A stretch of 64,000 bases of DNA. It comes from Candidatus Harrisonbacteria bacterium. Its GTDB lineage: Bacteria > Patescibacteriota > Minisyncoccia > UBA6257 > 02-FULL-45-10c. The translations under genes were made by a program, and so were the position numbers. Shown here one piece after another: positions 39,118 through 50,029 of the stretch. Under the pieces are notes generated by a model. It was given only the letters and a program-made list of their open reading frames with translations. It did no database searches and was not told the origin of the DNA. The stretch lies in the NCBI GenBank assembly GCA_016214655.1, contig JACROC010000005.1:195078-259077 (forward strand), read 5' to 3'. Numbering within the stretch: position 1 is the stretch's first letter; each line of letters starts with the position of its first letter.

Positions 39118-39498
39118 TTAACTTTTCCCTTTATCCGCATCACCCCGGTCAACATTCTTAAGCAAGTTTTTAGCGTTTATCAATGCCTGAAGATATTGCT
39201 TTAAAACCTGGAGCACCAGCTCCTCCACTTCTTTCCAATCAAATGCCATACTGACTGTCACTGTAACTATATAGCCATCTATTCCCACTGTCTGGACGCC
39301 ATCTATCTCCAGCAAGTTCTTTGCCAAATCATAGCGATGATTCCGCTCATCTTCTACATTGAATTCATACGCATCAGCCAAGCCATTATACCACTCCGGA
39401 TAATAGGTCAGTCTTTGCCGGGTATGAAATTCCTTTGATTCGGGATTGTCACTCTTTTGAGTAACAACTTTTAATTCCAAGTCATTCTGTTCCGACAT
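39118..39498 (-). CDS. Small protein with NifU/Nfu N-terminal-like domain
   Basis: [34 protein letters not shown]; GGAGG RBS. Confidence 0.55.
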   Translation of the reverse strand: MSEQNDLELKVVTQKSDNPESKEFHTRQRLTYYPEWYNGLADAYEFNVEDERNHRYDLAKNLLEIDGVQTVGIDGYIVTVTVSMAFDWKEVEELVLQVLKQYLQALINAKNLLKNVDRGDADKGKS

Positions 39499-39588
39499 CC
39501 AACCTCCGGATATTTAAAGTGCTTATAAGTAATATAAATGGCCGCGGATTTATTTACAAGTTAAAGAAATTATATTATAATTTTATAA

Positions 39589-39862
39589 GCTTTCTCTCCT
39601 CATATTAATCTCCGACGCGACACTGCTTATTTTATTATCAGCGCCAGGCGCGACGACGAAACCGTGGTCTAGACCACATTGGGGAGGAGCAACGCAGCGA
39701 TGTAATAAAATAAGCATGTCCCAAAGGGTTGTTGCCAAAATGAAATATCTCTTCGTTATTCCTCCTCGCCGTGGTTAAAACCACCAGCTTGTCGGAAATG
39801 CCTTGATCTAATTCATTTTGGCTAACAACGCGTCTAGAGCTAATATTATGAGGAGAGAAAGC
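39589..39862. mobile_element. MITE/BIME-like element: two inverted palindromic units inside 16-bp terminal inverted repeats, abutting tRNA-Lys
   Basis: gctttctctcctcata/tatgaggagagaaagc; units at ~39645-39700 (+) and ~39750-39810 (-). Confidence 0.7.
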
Positions 39863-39864
39863 AT

Positions 39865-39935
39865 GCCCCCATAGCTTAGTGGTAAAGCAGCTGCCTTTTA
39901 AGCAGTTGACCTTGGTCCGATTCCAAGTGGGGGCA
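39865..39935 (+). tRNA. tRNA-Lys(TTT)
   Basis: GCCCCCA..CTGC-CTTTTAA-GCAG..TGGGGGCA cloverleaf; T-loop reads TCCGATT. Confidence 0.9.
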
Positions 39936-40122
39936 CAAAAAATAATCTACAAAACAAAAGGCCCGGGCCCGCCTTTTGAGTCTCACTCGCGACCGGCGCC
40001 GTCGCCAGTCGCTAAGTGAAAGTCCCCTAGTGGTTTAATCCCGCTCGGGGACTTTTTTATTTGACTCTCTCATAAAGAAAATCTTAAAATAAGATATTCC
40101 TTGAAAACTTGAAGGGGTTGAG

Positions 40123-40659
40123 GTGGACAAATGCATCGTCTGGATGGCGAAATTGATTTTCTTTAGTTTATTGCTTTTCGGCAAAAATCTGCATGCACAT
40201 ATTAACTTTTGGCCAACATTGATCACAATTTTAGTTGTCATAATTGCAATATTCGCTATCAGCTACGCGGCTGAATCCCGACTGCTAAATAAATCCCAAG
40301 AAACAGCCGCCGTCATCACTATCAGCACAATAACCCCAATCGCCTTCTTATTATCTAATCTTCAGGAAATCGGAGTCATATTATTTTCAATAGGCTGGAT
40401 ATTAAATCGCCTGGCGATACTTGCAAACCAAGGAAAGATGCCTGTAGACTCGGAAGCGCTTGATAAAACATTAGTCCCAATTCCTTACGGAGAAGTTGAG
40501 GAATCCGATTTACATTCAATAATGACTCCGGAAAGCAAATACAAATTCCTCTGCGACTGGCTGTATCTGCCGTTTAATCTCGGCCTCGGAATCTGGAGCA
40601 TAGGAGACGTACTTATAATTCTCGGAATGCTCGTCCTGGATTACAAATATTTTATATAA
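40123..40659 (+). CDS. DUF5317-like membrane protein
   Basis: LN..AILANQGKMPV..FLCDW..WSIGDVLI. Confidence 0.75.
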   Translation: MDKCIVWMAKLIFFSLLLFGKNLHAHINFWPTLITILVVIIAIFAISYAAESRLLNKSQETAAVITISTITPIAFLLSNLQEIGVILFSIGWILNRLAILANQGKMPVDSEALDKTLVPIPYGEVEESDLHSIMTPESKYKFLCDWLYLPFNLGLGIWSIGDVLIILGMLVLDYKYFI

Positions 40660-40696
40660 ATTAAAAATTGCTCGGTTAAGGGCAATTTTTGTTTAT

Positions 40697-42067
40697 CTAA
40701 AAATCAGTTTTAACCGCTTTAAGACCTGTTCGCGTTCCCTCAGCAACAAAATTGAATTTCCCGGCAATAGCAGCACCAGAAGATCCGGTGACAGTGTAAG
40801 TTGTTTCCCCGACCGGAACCAGCCAGGAATCAGCCGGCAAATTAAAAAAAGTGGCTCTGCCATCCGAAGCATTAATTGGACCGGCAACTAATTTTCCCGA
40901 CGGACCCCAGATTTTTACGTTTTGAACCTGCAGAGATCCGGCCAATTTTATTTCAAAACTGAAAACCCGCATCGGCTCGCGATTAACCGCTAAAATAAAA
41001 TTTCCCAATTTTTCCTCGCCTAAATATTGAGTCAAAAAAAGATTCCACGGAGAAACTTGCATTGAACCGGCTCTAATAGTATGCGCCGCAGAATCATGAG
41101 TGTTATAACCCAAAATCCCATATCCATAATTAACTCCGGTTGCAGTCAGTGATACCTTTAATGAATCCACAAAATCAATTGTCCGCCCAACGCCGGATAC
41201 CGGCTCTCCGCTGATATAAATTTCCGCTGCGTCCCCTTTTTCCATCCTGATTCCGGAATCTAGTGCCGCAATCCACTCATGCTGCGGATTCGAACCGGTA
41301 GAATACGGATCAGTCGGGAAAGAAAAAATTTGTCCCTTATAATTTACGTTAGTGGTTAAATTCGTTATATCTTCCGGTCCGGCAGACCCAAGCTGGGTCC
41401 AAATTACATATTGAAGGACTAAAGGCTCGGCCTGACCAACGTCTATACGAATTGAATTAAAAACTTTTTTCTCGCCAGTGGTAAGATTTTGCGCAGCGCC
41501 CGGATCGAGCGGCCCCTGGCTGACAGTCATCGAACCGATAGTAAGCATTGAATTAATGATATGCGCCGGACCAACAACCGGAAGCCCCTGAACAGTTGCG
41601 TCAGAATCTATATTTACTACCGCCAACTGCGGCTTCTCGCCGTCATAACTTGAAAGCGAAGCCTCCATATCTCCCATTATTTTAAACGTCCTGGTTTCGC
41701 CTTTTTTAATAGTAAAATTATATCGGGTGTTATGCTGATGATCCGAATTTAACGCCTTCGCCTTGCCGATATCCTGATCTGTCCCGATTTCTCTGACTTG
41801 CACATATAAAAAAGCGCCGTCTCTCGCCACACCCATCCGCTGAACCGTAAGATTGTTGACATTCACGTCTCCGCGCAAAGCTGTCAATTTGAATACGGTA
41901 AAAGTTTGCTCCCAAGAATTAGCAACAGCTAATGTGGGCGCCGGGTGATCTCCGGGTTCAACCAAAAGAATCGGTTGATTATCCTGCGCTTTAAGTATAT
42001 TTATAAACAATCCAGCAAAAACGGCTAATATGAATAAATTTAAAAAAATCTTTTTAAAAAGTGACAT
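40697..42067 (-). CDS. Secreted beta-rich surface protein
   Basis: Signal peptide, Ig-like/beta-strand-rich sequence. Confidence 0.7.
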   Translation of the reverse strand: MSLFKKIFLNLFILAVFAGLFINILKAQDNQPILLVEPGDHPAPTLAVANSWEQTFTVFKLTALRGDVNVNNLTVQRMGVARDGAFLYVQVREIGTDQDIGKAKALNSDHQHNTRYNFTIKKGETRTFKIMGDMEASLSSYDGEKPQLAVVNIDSDATVQGLPVVGPAHIINSMLTIGSMTVSQGPLDPGAAQNLTTGEKKVFNSIRIDVGQAEPLVLQYVIWTQLGSAGPEDITNLTTNVNYKGQIFSFPTDPYSTGSNPQHEWIAALDSGIRMEKGDAAEIYISGEPVSGVGRTIDFVDSLKVSLTATGVNYGYGILGYNTHDSAAHTIRAGSMQVSPWNLFLTQYLGEEKLGNFILAVNREPMRVFSFEIKLAGSLQVQNVKIWGPSGKLVAGPINASDGRATFFNLPADSWLVPVGETTYTVTGSSGAAIAGKFNFVAEGTRTGLKAVKTDF

Positions 42068-42151
42068 ATCTAAAGATTACTACCAATAATACCATACTCG
42101 CCAAATCAAAAAACGGGGCTAAATCCCCGTTTTTTATTTTTTACAGATATC

Positions 42152-43234
42152 TTACCCCTCCAGCGCCTTTCTGATCTGAGAATCAATTTTTGGAATCTTT
42201 ATATCAAAATCAACATACAGATCGCCGCGGCCGTGACTACCGAATCTCGGCATACCCTCTCCGGAAATTCTCAATTTTTCCCGCAAATTAAAGCCAACCG
42301 GAATTTCAACCTGGAGCTTGCCGCCGGAAAGAGTCGGAATTTCTATTTTTTTCCCGACTAAAACTGCCAAAATATCTAAGTCTTTTTTAACAACCATATC
42401 ATTGCCAATGCGTTTAAAAGTGTGGTGTGGCTTAACTTTGATGCGAACATATAAATCTCCAACGCCAGCTCCGCGCTCTCCCGCCTGACCGGCACCCACG
42501 ACTTTGATCAGTTGTCCGTCGGCTATGCCAGGCGCAATTGTTATCTCAACATTTCTCTTAGAATTTATTCTGCCACTCCCCGCGCAAGACTTGCAAAGTT
42601 TATTCGGAACCTCTCCTTCTCCGTGACATTTCGCACAAATCCTGACCTGCGAAAATTGCCCAAAAAAACTCTGCCGAGTTTCTCTAATTTCTCCGCGCCC
42701 ATCGCAAATATTGCATTTTGTAAAGCCATCTTTTTGAAAATGGCCAAGACCACCACATTCACTACAGGGCATATAGGTTTCAAAGTTAAAGGCGCTAGTC
42801 ATTCCATGAAAAGCCTCCTCTAAGGTAATCTCTTTTAAAACTTCGATATCTGCACCGCGATGGTAAGTTTTCCTCCTTTTTACTCCCAGACCCTCAAAAA
42901 ACGCGTCGAAAATATCGCTGACATTAGATAAATCTTCCAAATTAGACGGGTCAAATCCGAAACCGAAATCAAAACCACCATCCGTGCCGCGGGAAAAATC
43001 AAAACCGCCGAACCCTCCCGACGCGTCCGAAACTCTTCCAAAACGATCATACTGAGTGCGCTTTTCTTTACTGGACAAGATCTGATAAGCTTCGTTGATT
43101 TCTTTAAATTTTTTTTCATCCCCGCCAGATTTATCAGGATGATATTGATGTGCCAATTTCCGATAAGCTTTTTTTATTTCTTCCTCATTAGCGCTTTTAT
43201 CTACGCCAAGAATTTTGTAATAGTCTTTTGCCAT
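42152..43234 (-). CDS. dnaJ: Chaperone DnaJ
   Basis: HPD J-domain, G/F region, four CxxCxGxG. Confidence 0.97.
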   Translation of the reverse strand: MAKDYYKILGVDKSANEEEIKKAYRKLAHQYHPDKSGGDEKKFKEINEAYQILSSKEKRTQYDRFGRVSDASGGFGGFDFSRGTDGGFDFGFGFDPSNLEDLSNVSDIFDAFFEGLGVKRRKTYHRGADIEVLKEITLEEAFHGMTSAFNFETYMPCSECGGLGHFQKDGFTKCNICDGRGEIRETRQSFFGQFSQVRICAKCHGEGEVPNKLCKSCAGSGRINSKRNVEITIAPGIADGQLIKVVGAGQAGERGAGVGDLYVRIKVKPHHTFKRIGNDMVVKKDLDILAVLVGKKIEIPTLSGGKLQVEIPVGFNLREKLRISGEGMPRFGSHGRGDLYVDFDIKIPKIDSQIRKALEG

Positions 43235-43314
43235 AAAATAGTACGTAGTACGTAGATCGTAGGGCGTAGTTTATAAAATTTCTACGAACTACGGGCTACT
43301 GCCTACAACCTAAA

Positions 43315-44286
43315 TTATTTTAAAACGACAATTTCCCTGCTCCTCGATTCCAATGCCAATCTGGCGAAACCGGTTAAAATAGCCAATTGATAAACCAAAT
43401 AAGCCGGAATGGCAATAACCCAATGAAATAACGATCCGACTCCTTTTAGCGTCAAAAATAGCAAGGCACCCACGGCAATCGGAATAGCGGCGCGGAAAGA
43501 TTCCGGAATTTTCTTAATTTGATTGAAAACAAAACCATACAGGACATCAATAATTTTATCCGTTCCCTTAAAAGAAATTCCGTATTGGCTTGCCTGCTTA
43601 CTCAACTGTCCAACGGTTTGAGAAATCAAAGAATTCCTTGCACTGATCGGCAAAGCAGCTGCTTCGGCGCCCAACTGCTTAATAACCAGGGATTCTACCA
43701 ATTTAGTCATAGTCATATTCAGCGAAAAATCCTTAAAATAGAATTTCTGAATTAGCGGCTCTGCCGGCAATAAGATAGATTTAATGTTCTGCTCGGAAAC
43801 CATCCCTCCGCCGGCAACTACGTAGATAATACTAATAAAAATAGCTAAAGCGGTCAGGGTGTATGACATAACCGCCTTTTCAAATTGGAAAAATCTGATC
43901 TTAAGTTGATTATCTAATTGCTCCCTCCCCATTCTAACGGCAAGCCACCAAAATAGAATTAATAAAAACCAGGCGGATAAAATAACCGAAGAAAATAATC
44001 TGATCGAGACAAAAGTTAAAGCCAAACTTTCTAATAAAATAATGATTCCGATAATTTGCTTACTCTTGATGAAGAGCGTCTGGAGTAAAAACACTATCAA
44101 AAAAGCAACCGCCGAAAATAAGGCCGGCAATAGTTGGCTCGATCCATTATCTAAAACTGCCAAGTTCAAGAAAAAACCAAACAAACCGGACAAAAGAACG
44201 CCGATTACCCCCAACCCAATGACCTTAGGCTTGGAAGTATCCACAGATACCTCATCCGTTAATTTAGCTCCAGTTAAAGAATCCAT
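43315..44286 (-). CDS. Hypothetical multi-pass membrane protein between dnaK and dnaJ
   Basis: 323 aa with hydrophobic helices. Confidence 0.75.
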   Translation of the reverse strand: MDSLTGAKLTDEVSVDTSKPKVIGLGVIGVLLSGLFGFFLNLAVLDNGSSQLLPALFSAVAFLIVFLLQTLFIKSKQIIGIIILLESLALTFVSIRLFSSVILSAWFLLILFWWLAVRMGREQLDNQLKIRFFQFEKAVMSYTLTALAIFISIIYVVAGGGMVSEQNIKSILLPAEPLIQKFYFKDFSLNMTMTKLVESLVIKQLGAEAAALPISARNSLISQTVGQLSKQASQYGISFKGTDKIIDVLYGFVFNQIKKIPESFRAAIPIAVGALLFLTLKGVGSLFHWVIAIPAYLVYQLAILTGFARLALESRSREIVVLK

Positions 44287-44299
44287 TCGCTTGATTTAA

Positions 44300-46144
44300 T
44301 TATACTTTATCTTCAGGCTTCTGTCCCTCTTCCGGCTTCGCCTGTCCTTTATATAAATGTTCCCCGATTTTTTGAAGTTCTTGAGATAAATCCTGAAGCG
44401 CCTTTTTAATCGCCTCCGCATCTCCGCTGTCTTTAACAGATTTTAATGCTTCGATCTTCTTATTAACCGCGTCTTTGATATCCGCCGGAACCTTATCACC
44501 CGCTTCACGCAAAGATTTTTCTGCAAGATAAACCGTGCTTTCAGCGGTATTTTTGAGTTCCACTAATCCACGTTTTTTCTTATCTTCATCTTGATGCGCC
44601 GCGGCTTCATTTTTAAGCCGTTCAATCTCTTCTTTAGACAATCCGGTACTGGCCTCAATCCGGACCGACTGGCTCTTACTGGTCGCTTTATCTTTCGCAG
44701 AAACATTCAAAATACCGTTTACATCAATGTCAAAAGTCACTTCTACTTGCGGCATGCCACGCGGAGACGGCGGAATACCATCTAAAATAAACTTAGCTAA
44801 TGTTTTATTGTCCGCAGACATTTCCCTCTCTCCCTGAAGCACATGAATTTCCACTGAAGTCTGGTTATCAGCGGCCGTTGAAAAAACTTGGGTTTTTGCG
44901 GTGGGAATTGTAGTATTTTTTTCAATCAATTTAGTGAATATGCCGCCAAGCGTTTCCAAACCAAGTGAAAGCGGAATCACATCTAAAAGCAGAATATCTT
45001 TCACATCCCCCTGCATAATGCCGGCCTGGACTGCCGCACCCACTGCCACCACCTCATCTGGATTGACTCCCTTGTGCGGCTCTTTGCCGAACATTTTTTT
45101 CACCGCTTCCTGCATTGCTGGCATCCTGGTCTGACCGCCGACCAACACCACTTCATCAACATCTTTTACATCAAACTTAGCCTCTTTAATCGTTTGCAAA
45201 GTAAGTTCCACAGAATGATCAATAAACGGCTGTACTAATTCTTCCAGCTTTGCCCTAGTCATTTTCATTAAAAAATGTTTCGGCCCGGACTCGTTAGAAC
45301 TGATGTAGGGCAGATTAATTTCGGTTTCCAAGGCGGCAGAAAGTTCATGCTTAGCTTTTTCCGCGGCTTCTTTTAAGCGTTGGACTGCCAATGAATCTTT
45401 GGAGATATCAATGCCTTCTGATTTTTTATACTCAGAAACCAAGTATTCAATTATTTTTTTATCAAAATCATCTCCGCCCAAATGAGTGTCGCCGCCGGTA
45501 GCTTTGACTTCCACCGTATCGTCGCCAACTTCCAAAACCGAGACATCAAAAGTTCCGCCGCCAAAATCATAAACCACAATCTGTTCATTTTTTTTCTTAT
45601 TCAAACCATAGGCCAGCGCCGCCGCAGTCGGCTCATTTAAAATTCTTTTTACCTTCAAACCAGCAATCTCCCCGGCGTTTTTAGTGGCCTGTCTTTGACT
45701 GTCATCAAAATAAGCCGGCACCGTGATCACCGCTTCTTCTATTTTTTCTCCGAGAAGTGCTTCGGCATCAGCTTTCAATTTCGCCAGCACCATTGCAGAA
45801 ATTTCTTCCGGCTTAAGCCACTTATCACCCAATTTAACTTCTACTCCGCCATTTGCCGCTTCGCGGATATCATAAGACAGCCACTTTTTGTCATTTTGGA
45901 CTTCGGCATCGCTAAACTTGCGCCCAATCAGCCTTTTAACCGAAAAAATTGTGTTCTTCGGATTAGTAACCGCCTGCCGTTTTGCAAGCAATCCAACCGA
46001 ACGTTCACCGGATTTATTAACTGCCGCAATTGATGGCGTAGTGCGATTACCCTCGGCGTTTTCCAAAACCCGAGGTCCGCTCGCCTCCATAATCGCCATT
46101 GCTGAATTAGTTGTACCTAAATCAATACCTAATATTTTTGACAT
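44300..46144 (-). CDS. dnaK: Chaperone DnaK
   Basis: [32 protein letters not shown]. Confidence 0.99.
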   Translation of the reverse strand: MSKILGIDLGTTNSAMAIMEASGPRVLENAEGNRTTPSIAAVNKSGERSVGLLAKRQAVTNPKNTIFSVKRLIGRKFSDAEVQNDKKWLSYDIREAANGGVEVKLGDKWLKPEEISAMVLAKLKADAEALLGEKIEEAVITVPAYFDDSQRQATKNAGEIAGLKVKRILNEPTAAALAYGLNKKKNEQIVVYDFGGGTFDVSVLEVGDDTVEVKATGGDTHLGGDDFDKKIIEYLVSEYKKSEGIDISKDSLAVQRLKEAAEKAKHELSAALETEINLPYISSNESGPKHFLMKMTRAKLEELVQPFIDHSVELTLQTIKEAKFDVKDVDEVVLVGGQTRMPAMQEAVKKMFGKEPHKGVNPDEVVAVGAAVQAGIMQGDVKDILLLDVIPLSLGLETLGGIFTKLIEKNTTIPTAKTQVFSTAADNQTSVEIHVLQGEREMSADNKTLAKFILDGIPPSPRGMPQVEVTFDIDVNGILNVSAKDKATSKSQSVRIEASTGLSKEEIERLKNEAAAHQDEDKKKRGLVELKNTAESTVYLAEKSLREAGDKVPADIKDAVNKKIEALKSVKDSGDAEAIKKALQDLSQELQKIGEHLYKGQAKPEEGQKPEDKV

Positions 46145-46217
46145 AATGTTTAGACATCAGGCATAAGTTATAAGAAATAAGAATAAATTTTAATTCTTAT
46201 GGCTTGTGACTAATTTC

Positions 46218-46676
46218 TTATTTACTAAGCTTAACTCTTGCCGGCCGAATGACCTTATTTTTTAATTTATATCCGGAACTTATTTCAGCCGCAATTTTTC
46301 CAGATTCTAATTCTTTTACCTCCATTTCTCCGACTGATTCATGAATACTAGCATCAAACGGATCGCCTGGAGAAACTTTGATTTTTTCCAACCCATATTT
46401 TTTTAACATATCCTCCAGCTGAATTTTTATCCTCTGCAAACCATCGTTATTAGTTTCTACTCTAAGCGCCAATTCCATACTATCTAAAACCGGAACCAAA
46501 TCGCCAATCACCACTTCTCTGCTGTAATTCATCATTTCTTCAAACCGTTTAGCTTCGTCTTTCTGATAATTAATCAGATCTGCCTTGGCGCGCCTCCAGC
46601 CATTCAAGTACTCTTCACATTGCTTTTTCAATTCATCAAGCTCGGTAGTATTAGGTTGTTTTTGCTGTTCCTCCAT
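46218..46676 (-). CDS. grpE: Nucleotide exchange factor GrpE
   Basis: RAKADLINY, FDASIHE, GY..VIRPARV. Confidence 0.95.
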   Translation of the reverse strand: MEEQQKQPNTTELDELKKQCEEYLNGWRRAKADLINYQKDEAKRFEEMMNYSREVVIGDLVPVLDSMELALRVETNNDGLQRIKIQLEDMLKKYGLEKIKVSPGDPFDASIHESVGEMEVKELESGKIAAEISSGYKLKNKVIRPARVKLSK

Positions 46677-46678
46677 AA

Positions 46679-46785
46679 AACTATGATACTAATATACAAA
46701 TGGTACTAATGATACGAATGATACTAATTCTTTTTTATATTCGTATGATTGGTATCATTCGCATGCATTAGTATATTGGTATCGC
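46679..46785. repeat. 9-mer-based inverted repeat element, copy 1 (hrcA-grpE spacer)
   Basis: Shares 19-nt and 34-nt identical ends with 58967-59054. Confidence 0.85.
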
Positions 46786-46786
46786 A

Positions 46787-47488
46787 TTATTTTAACTCAT
46801 CTTTCAAATTCTTAAAAACTTTTAAAGTTTTATCATAATCCATCCGCTTGGGACCAATAACCGCCACTAAAACTTTGCCATCTTTAATATTAAAACTGTC
46901 CATCACCACGGAAAGATTTTTACTTTTAGTAATCGGGCTTTTACCGATAAAAACCTGCGGCAAGCGCAAAGTATTAAAAATCTTTTCCCGCACCTCTTCT
47001 ATGCGGCGGTCCAATAATTCAAAATCACTCACCACTTCGGACATTTCTTTTTTAGTTGCGACATCCAAATGCTCTATCAGCTCTTTAAGGCCGCTTTTAT
47101 GCGCCTCTTTTTCTTTTTCTTTTTTACTTACACCCAAAAGCTTCATCTCGTCCGAAAACGCGCCTACGAATTCTTTAAGCTTTCCGGCGCGAAGATCTCC
47201 CGCCAGCATGCCATAATGGCCTTCCAGAATTTTCTTTGATTCCACCACGTTTTCCAAAGTGGAAGCCACAAACATTTGATATCCCTTATCTGTCGGCACC
47301 CTCCCGCCAGAAGTGTGGAGCTGAGATAAAAATCCTTCCTGCGTAAGAAGGTTTAATTCGTTGCGAATTGTTGCTTCTTTCGCGCCAAAATCATAAGCCT
47401 TCTCCAATAAACGCGAGCTAACCGGTTTTCCGCTTCTTATATATTCTTTAACTGCGGCCTCTAATACCGATTTAGAACGTAAATTCAT
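46787..47488 (-). CDS. hrcA: Heat-inducible repressor HrcA (short form)
   Basis: PVSS..ATIRNE..HTSGGRVPTDKGY; VIGPKRMDY. Confidence 0.93.
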   Translation of the reverse strand: MNLRSKSVLEAAVKEYIRSGKPVSSRLLEKAYDFGAKEATIRNELNLLTQEGFLSQLHTSGGRVPTDKGYQMFVASTLENVVESKKILEGHYGMLAGDLRAGKLKEFVGAFSDEMKLLGVSKKEKEKEAHKSGLKELIEHLDVATKKEMSEVVSDFELLDRRIEEVREKIFNTLRLPQVFIGKSPITKSKNLSVVMDSFNIKDGKVLVAVIGPKRMDYDKTLKVFKNLKDELK

Positions 47489-47506
47489 TCACTAATTATA
47501 AGAACG

Positions 47507-47533
47507 TTATCACTCTCGTGTCAAGAGTGCCAA
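47507..47533 (-). promoter_or_regulatory. CIRCE operator overlapping the -35 of the hrcA promoter
   Basis: Minus strand TTGGCACTC-TTGACACGA-GAGTGATAA; TATAAT 18 nt after TTGACA. Confidence 0.9.
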
Positions 47534-47561
47534 AACCCTTGTTATGTTATAATAAAATTGA

Positions 47562-48470
47562 ATGAGAATCATTAAACATAAACTTACTTGGATAGACGTA
47601 CAAAATCCGACTAAAAAGGATATTGAATTTATCCGCAAACAACACCGTTTCCATCCGATTATCTTGGATGAGCTTTTGCATACTTCTGCCAGATCCAGAG
47701 TCGAACCGTATGAAAAGTATCTTTTCATGACCTATCACCTGCCGATGTATGACAAGAACATTAAAAGTTCGCGAAAGGCGGAAGTAGATTTTTTAATTAC
47801 CAAAGATAGAATCATCACCGTTCACTATGAAGACCTGGAGCCATTGAATAATTTCTGGCGGCATCTCAATAATGACAAAAATTTTAAAGAACGCGCTCTT
47901 GGTGAAAGCACCGGCCGAACGGCTTATTATCTGATTGAAGAAGTTTTGGCATTCGCCCAGCGGCAACTCCGCCACATTGAAGAAAATGTTTCCGAACTCA
48001 CGAAAGAATTGTTCCAAAACAAAGAGGCTCAGCTTTTACAAAGAATATCTTATTTAAAAAGAGACATTCTGGATTACAGCATTATCAGCGATCCGCAAAA
48101 AATTATCCTGGAATCTCTGCGAGAGGTTGGCGGAAAATTCTGGAATGAAGAAATGAAAATTTATTTATCCGACTTAGCCGGCGACCATCTGAAAATCATG
48201 CAGCAATTGCAAAATTTCAAGGAAACCGTTGAGGCGCTGGAACAAACCAACTCTCAGCTGCTAAGCGCCAAAACCAACGCCGTTATGCAAAGATTCACAG
48301 TTCTGGCTTTTCTGACTTTTCCGCTGGTTTTATTAACTTCACTCTTTAATGTCGGGGCGATCGATAAATTAATTAACAGTAATCCAATCATCTTTGGCTT
48401 CAGTTTTGTCTTAGTTTTAATAGTCACCATTCTATTGCTGATACTTTTCAGAAAACGAGGCTGGCTTTAA
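47562..48470 (+). CDS. corA: CorA-family Mg2+ transporter (lacks the canonical GMN)
   Basis: TWIDVQNPT, FHPIILDE, KTNAVMQRFTVLAFLTFPL; two C-terminal TMs; SLFNV in place of GMN. Confidence 0.85.
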   Translation: MRIIKHKLTWIDVQNPTKKDIEFIRKQHRFHPIILDELLHTSARSRVEPYEKYLFMTYHLPMYDKNIKSSRKAEVDFLITKDRIITVHYEDLEPLNNFWRHLNNDKNFKERALGESTGRTAYYLIEEVLAFAQRQLRHIEENVSELTKELFQNKEAQLLQRISYLKRDILDYSIISDPQKIILESLREVGGKFWNEEMKIYLSDLAGDHLKIMQQLQNFKETVEALEQTNSQLLSAKTNAVMQRFTVLAFLTFPLVLLTSLFNVGAIDKLINSNPIIFGFSFVLVLIVTILLLILFRKRGWL

Positions 48471-48500
48471 ACAAAAAGATTTTTCCAGTAAGATTAAAGC

Positions 48501-49949
48501 ATGCTCCGCATTTTTAATACTCTTTCCAGAAAAAAAGAAGGTTTTAAGCCGCTCCGCAAAAACCAGGTTGGACTTTACACTTGCGGACCGACTGTTTACA
48601 ACTACGCGCATATCGGCAATTTGCGCACTTATATTTTTGAAGACGTTCTGCAGCGCACGCTGGAATACAACGGCTACCAAGTAAAGCGCGTCATGAACAT
48701 TACCGATGTCGGACATTTAACCTCTGATGCCGACACCGGCGAAGATAAAATAGAAAAAGAAGCCCAATTAGAGAGAAAATCAGTATGGGAGATAGCCGAA
48801 TTTTATACTAAAGCTTTTTTGCGGGACATTAAAAATCTCAATATTAAGATCCCCGAACTGCTGATACCAGCAACCAAGACCGTTCCTGATCAGATTAAAA
48901 TTATCAAAAGACTACTGACAAGCAGATTCGCCTACGAAACCTCCAAGGCTATTTATTTTGAAGTTTCCAAATTCAAAAACTATACCAAACTCTCCCGCCA
49001 GCCCTTAACCGAAAAAATAGTAGCCGCACGGGAAGAAGTCATTGCCGATCCGGAAAAGAAAGGTGCGGCGGATTTTGTGCTTTGGTTTAAATTAGTAGAT
49101 CGGTTTAAAAACCATATTATGCGCTGGCCTTCGCCGTGGGGAGACGGATTTCCCGGATGGCACATTGAATGTTCGGCTATCTCCACCAAATATTTAGGCC
49201 AGCCATTTGACGTCCATACCGGCGGCGTGGATCACATCAGCGTTCATCATACCAATGAAATCGCGCAATCAGAAGCCGCTTTCAGTAAGTCATTAGCCAG
49301 ATATTGGATGCACGGAGAATTTCTTACTATCAATCAAGGGAGGATGGGAAAGTCACTTGGTAATTTTATAACCTTGCAAGACCTGCAAAAAATGGGCTAT
49401 AACCCGCTTGCCTATCGCTACCTAGTTCTCAATTCGCACTATCGGTCGCACCTGGACTTTAGTCTGGAAAGCCTGAAATCTGCCGAAAATGCCTACCACG
49501 GCCTTAAAAATAATCTTGCCGCTTTTAAAAACTGCGAAGCTAAGATTAAAGATTCCTCTGCTGATAAAACCGCGAAAAAAGCAATAAAACTTTTCCAAAA
49601 AAAATTCTCAGAAGCAATCAATGACGACCTGAACACCGCTAAAGCCCTGGCCTCCGTCCATGAACTTCTTAACCAGTCTAATTCTATAAAAGCCGGCGGA
49701 AAATTAAACGGGAGAATCGCCAAGGAAGTATATAAGGCAATAATGAACCTTGATAAAATACTTGGCTTGAAGCTGGCAGAAATGCCCAAAATTCCCTCCA
49801 AAATTATCGGATTAACCAAGAAACGGGAGTTATACAGGGTCCGTAAACAGTTTATTCAAGCTGACGCCTTGCGCAAAGAAATAGAAACGCTAGGATACAG
49901 TATAGAGGACACGCCGCAAGGACCACTGGTCCTTCCCAAAAGCGTTTAG
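48501..49949 (+). CDS. cysS: Cysteine--tRNA ligase
   Basis: [30 protein letters not shown]. Confidence 0.97.
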   Translation: MLRIFNTLSRKKEGFKPLRKNQVGLYTCGPTVYNYAHIGNLRTYIFEDVLQRTLEYNGYQVKRVMNITDVGHLTSDADTGEDKIEKEAQLERKSVWEIAEFYTKAFLRDIKNLNIKIPELLIPATKTVPDQIKIIKRLLTSRFAYETSKAIYFEVSKFKNYTKLSRQPLTEKIVAAREEVIADPEKKGAADFVLWFKLVDRFKNHIMRWPSPWGDGFPGWHIECSAISTKYLGQPFDVHTGGVDHISVHHTNEIAQSEAAFSKSLARYWMHGEFLTINQGRMGKSLGNFITLQDLQKMGYNPLAYRYLVLNSHYRSHLDFSLESLKSAENAYHGLKNNLAAFKNCEAKIKDSSADKTAKKAIKLFQKKFSEAINDDLNTAKALASVHELLNQSNSIKAGGKLNGRIAKEVYKAIMNLDKILGLKLAEMPKIPSKIIGLTKKRELYRVRKQFIQADALRKEIETLGYSIEDTPQGPLVLPKSV

Positions 49950-50029
49950 CGGTTAGAGTTTAGTGGTTAGGATTTAAAAATTTTTATAAATTAAATTCTA
50001 TACCCTATACTCTATACCCTATACCCTAA
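49945..50029. repeat. Inverted heptamer arrays (TTAGNGG)n ... (CTATACC)n
   Basis: Fill the cysS-dnaB spacer; same units as the mnmA insertion. Confidence 0.8.

Noticed and set aside
39961-40058. Extra tRNA after tRNA-Lys
   Set aside because: Hairpins and a terminator (AAAGTCCCC/GGGGACTTT) are present but no cloverleaf.
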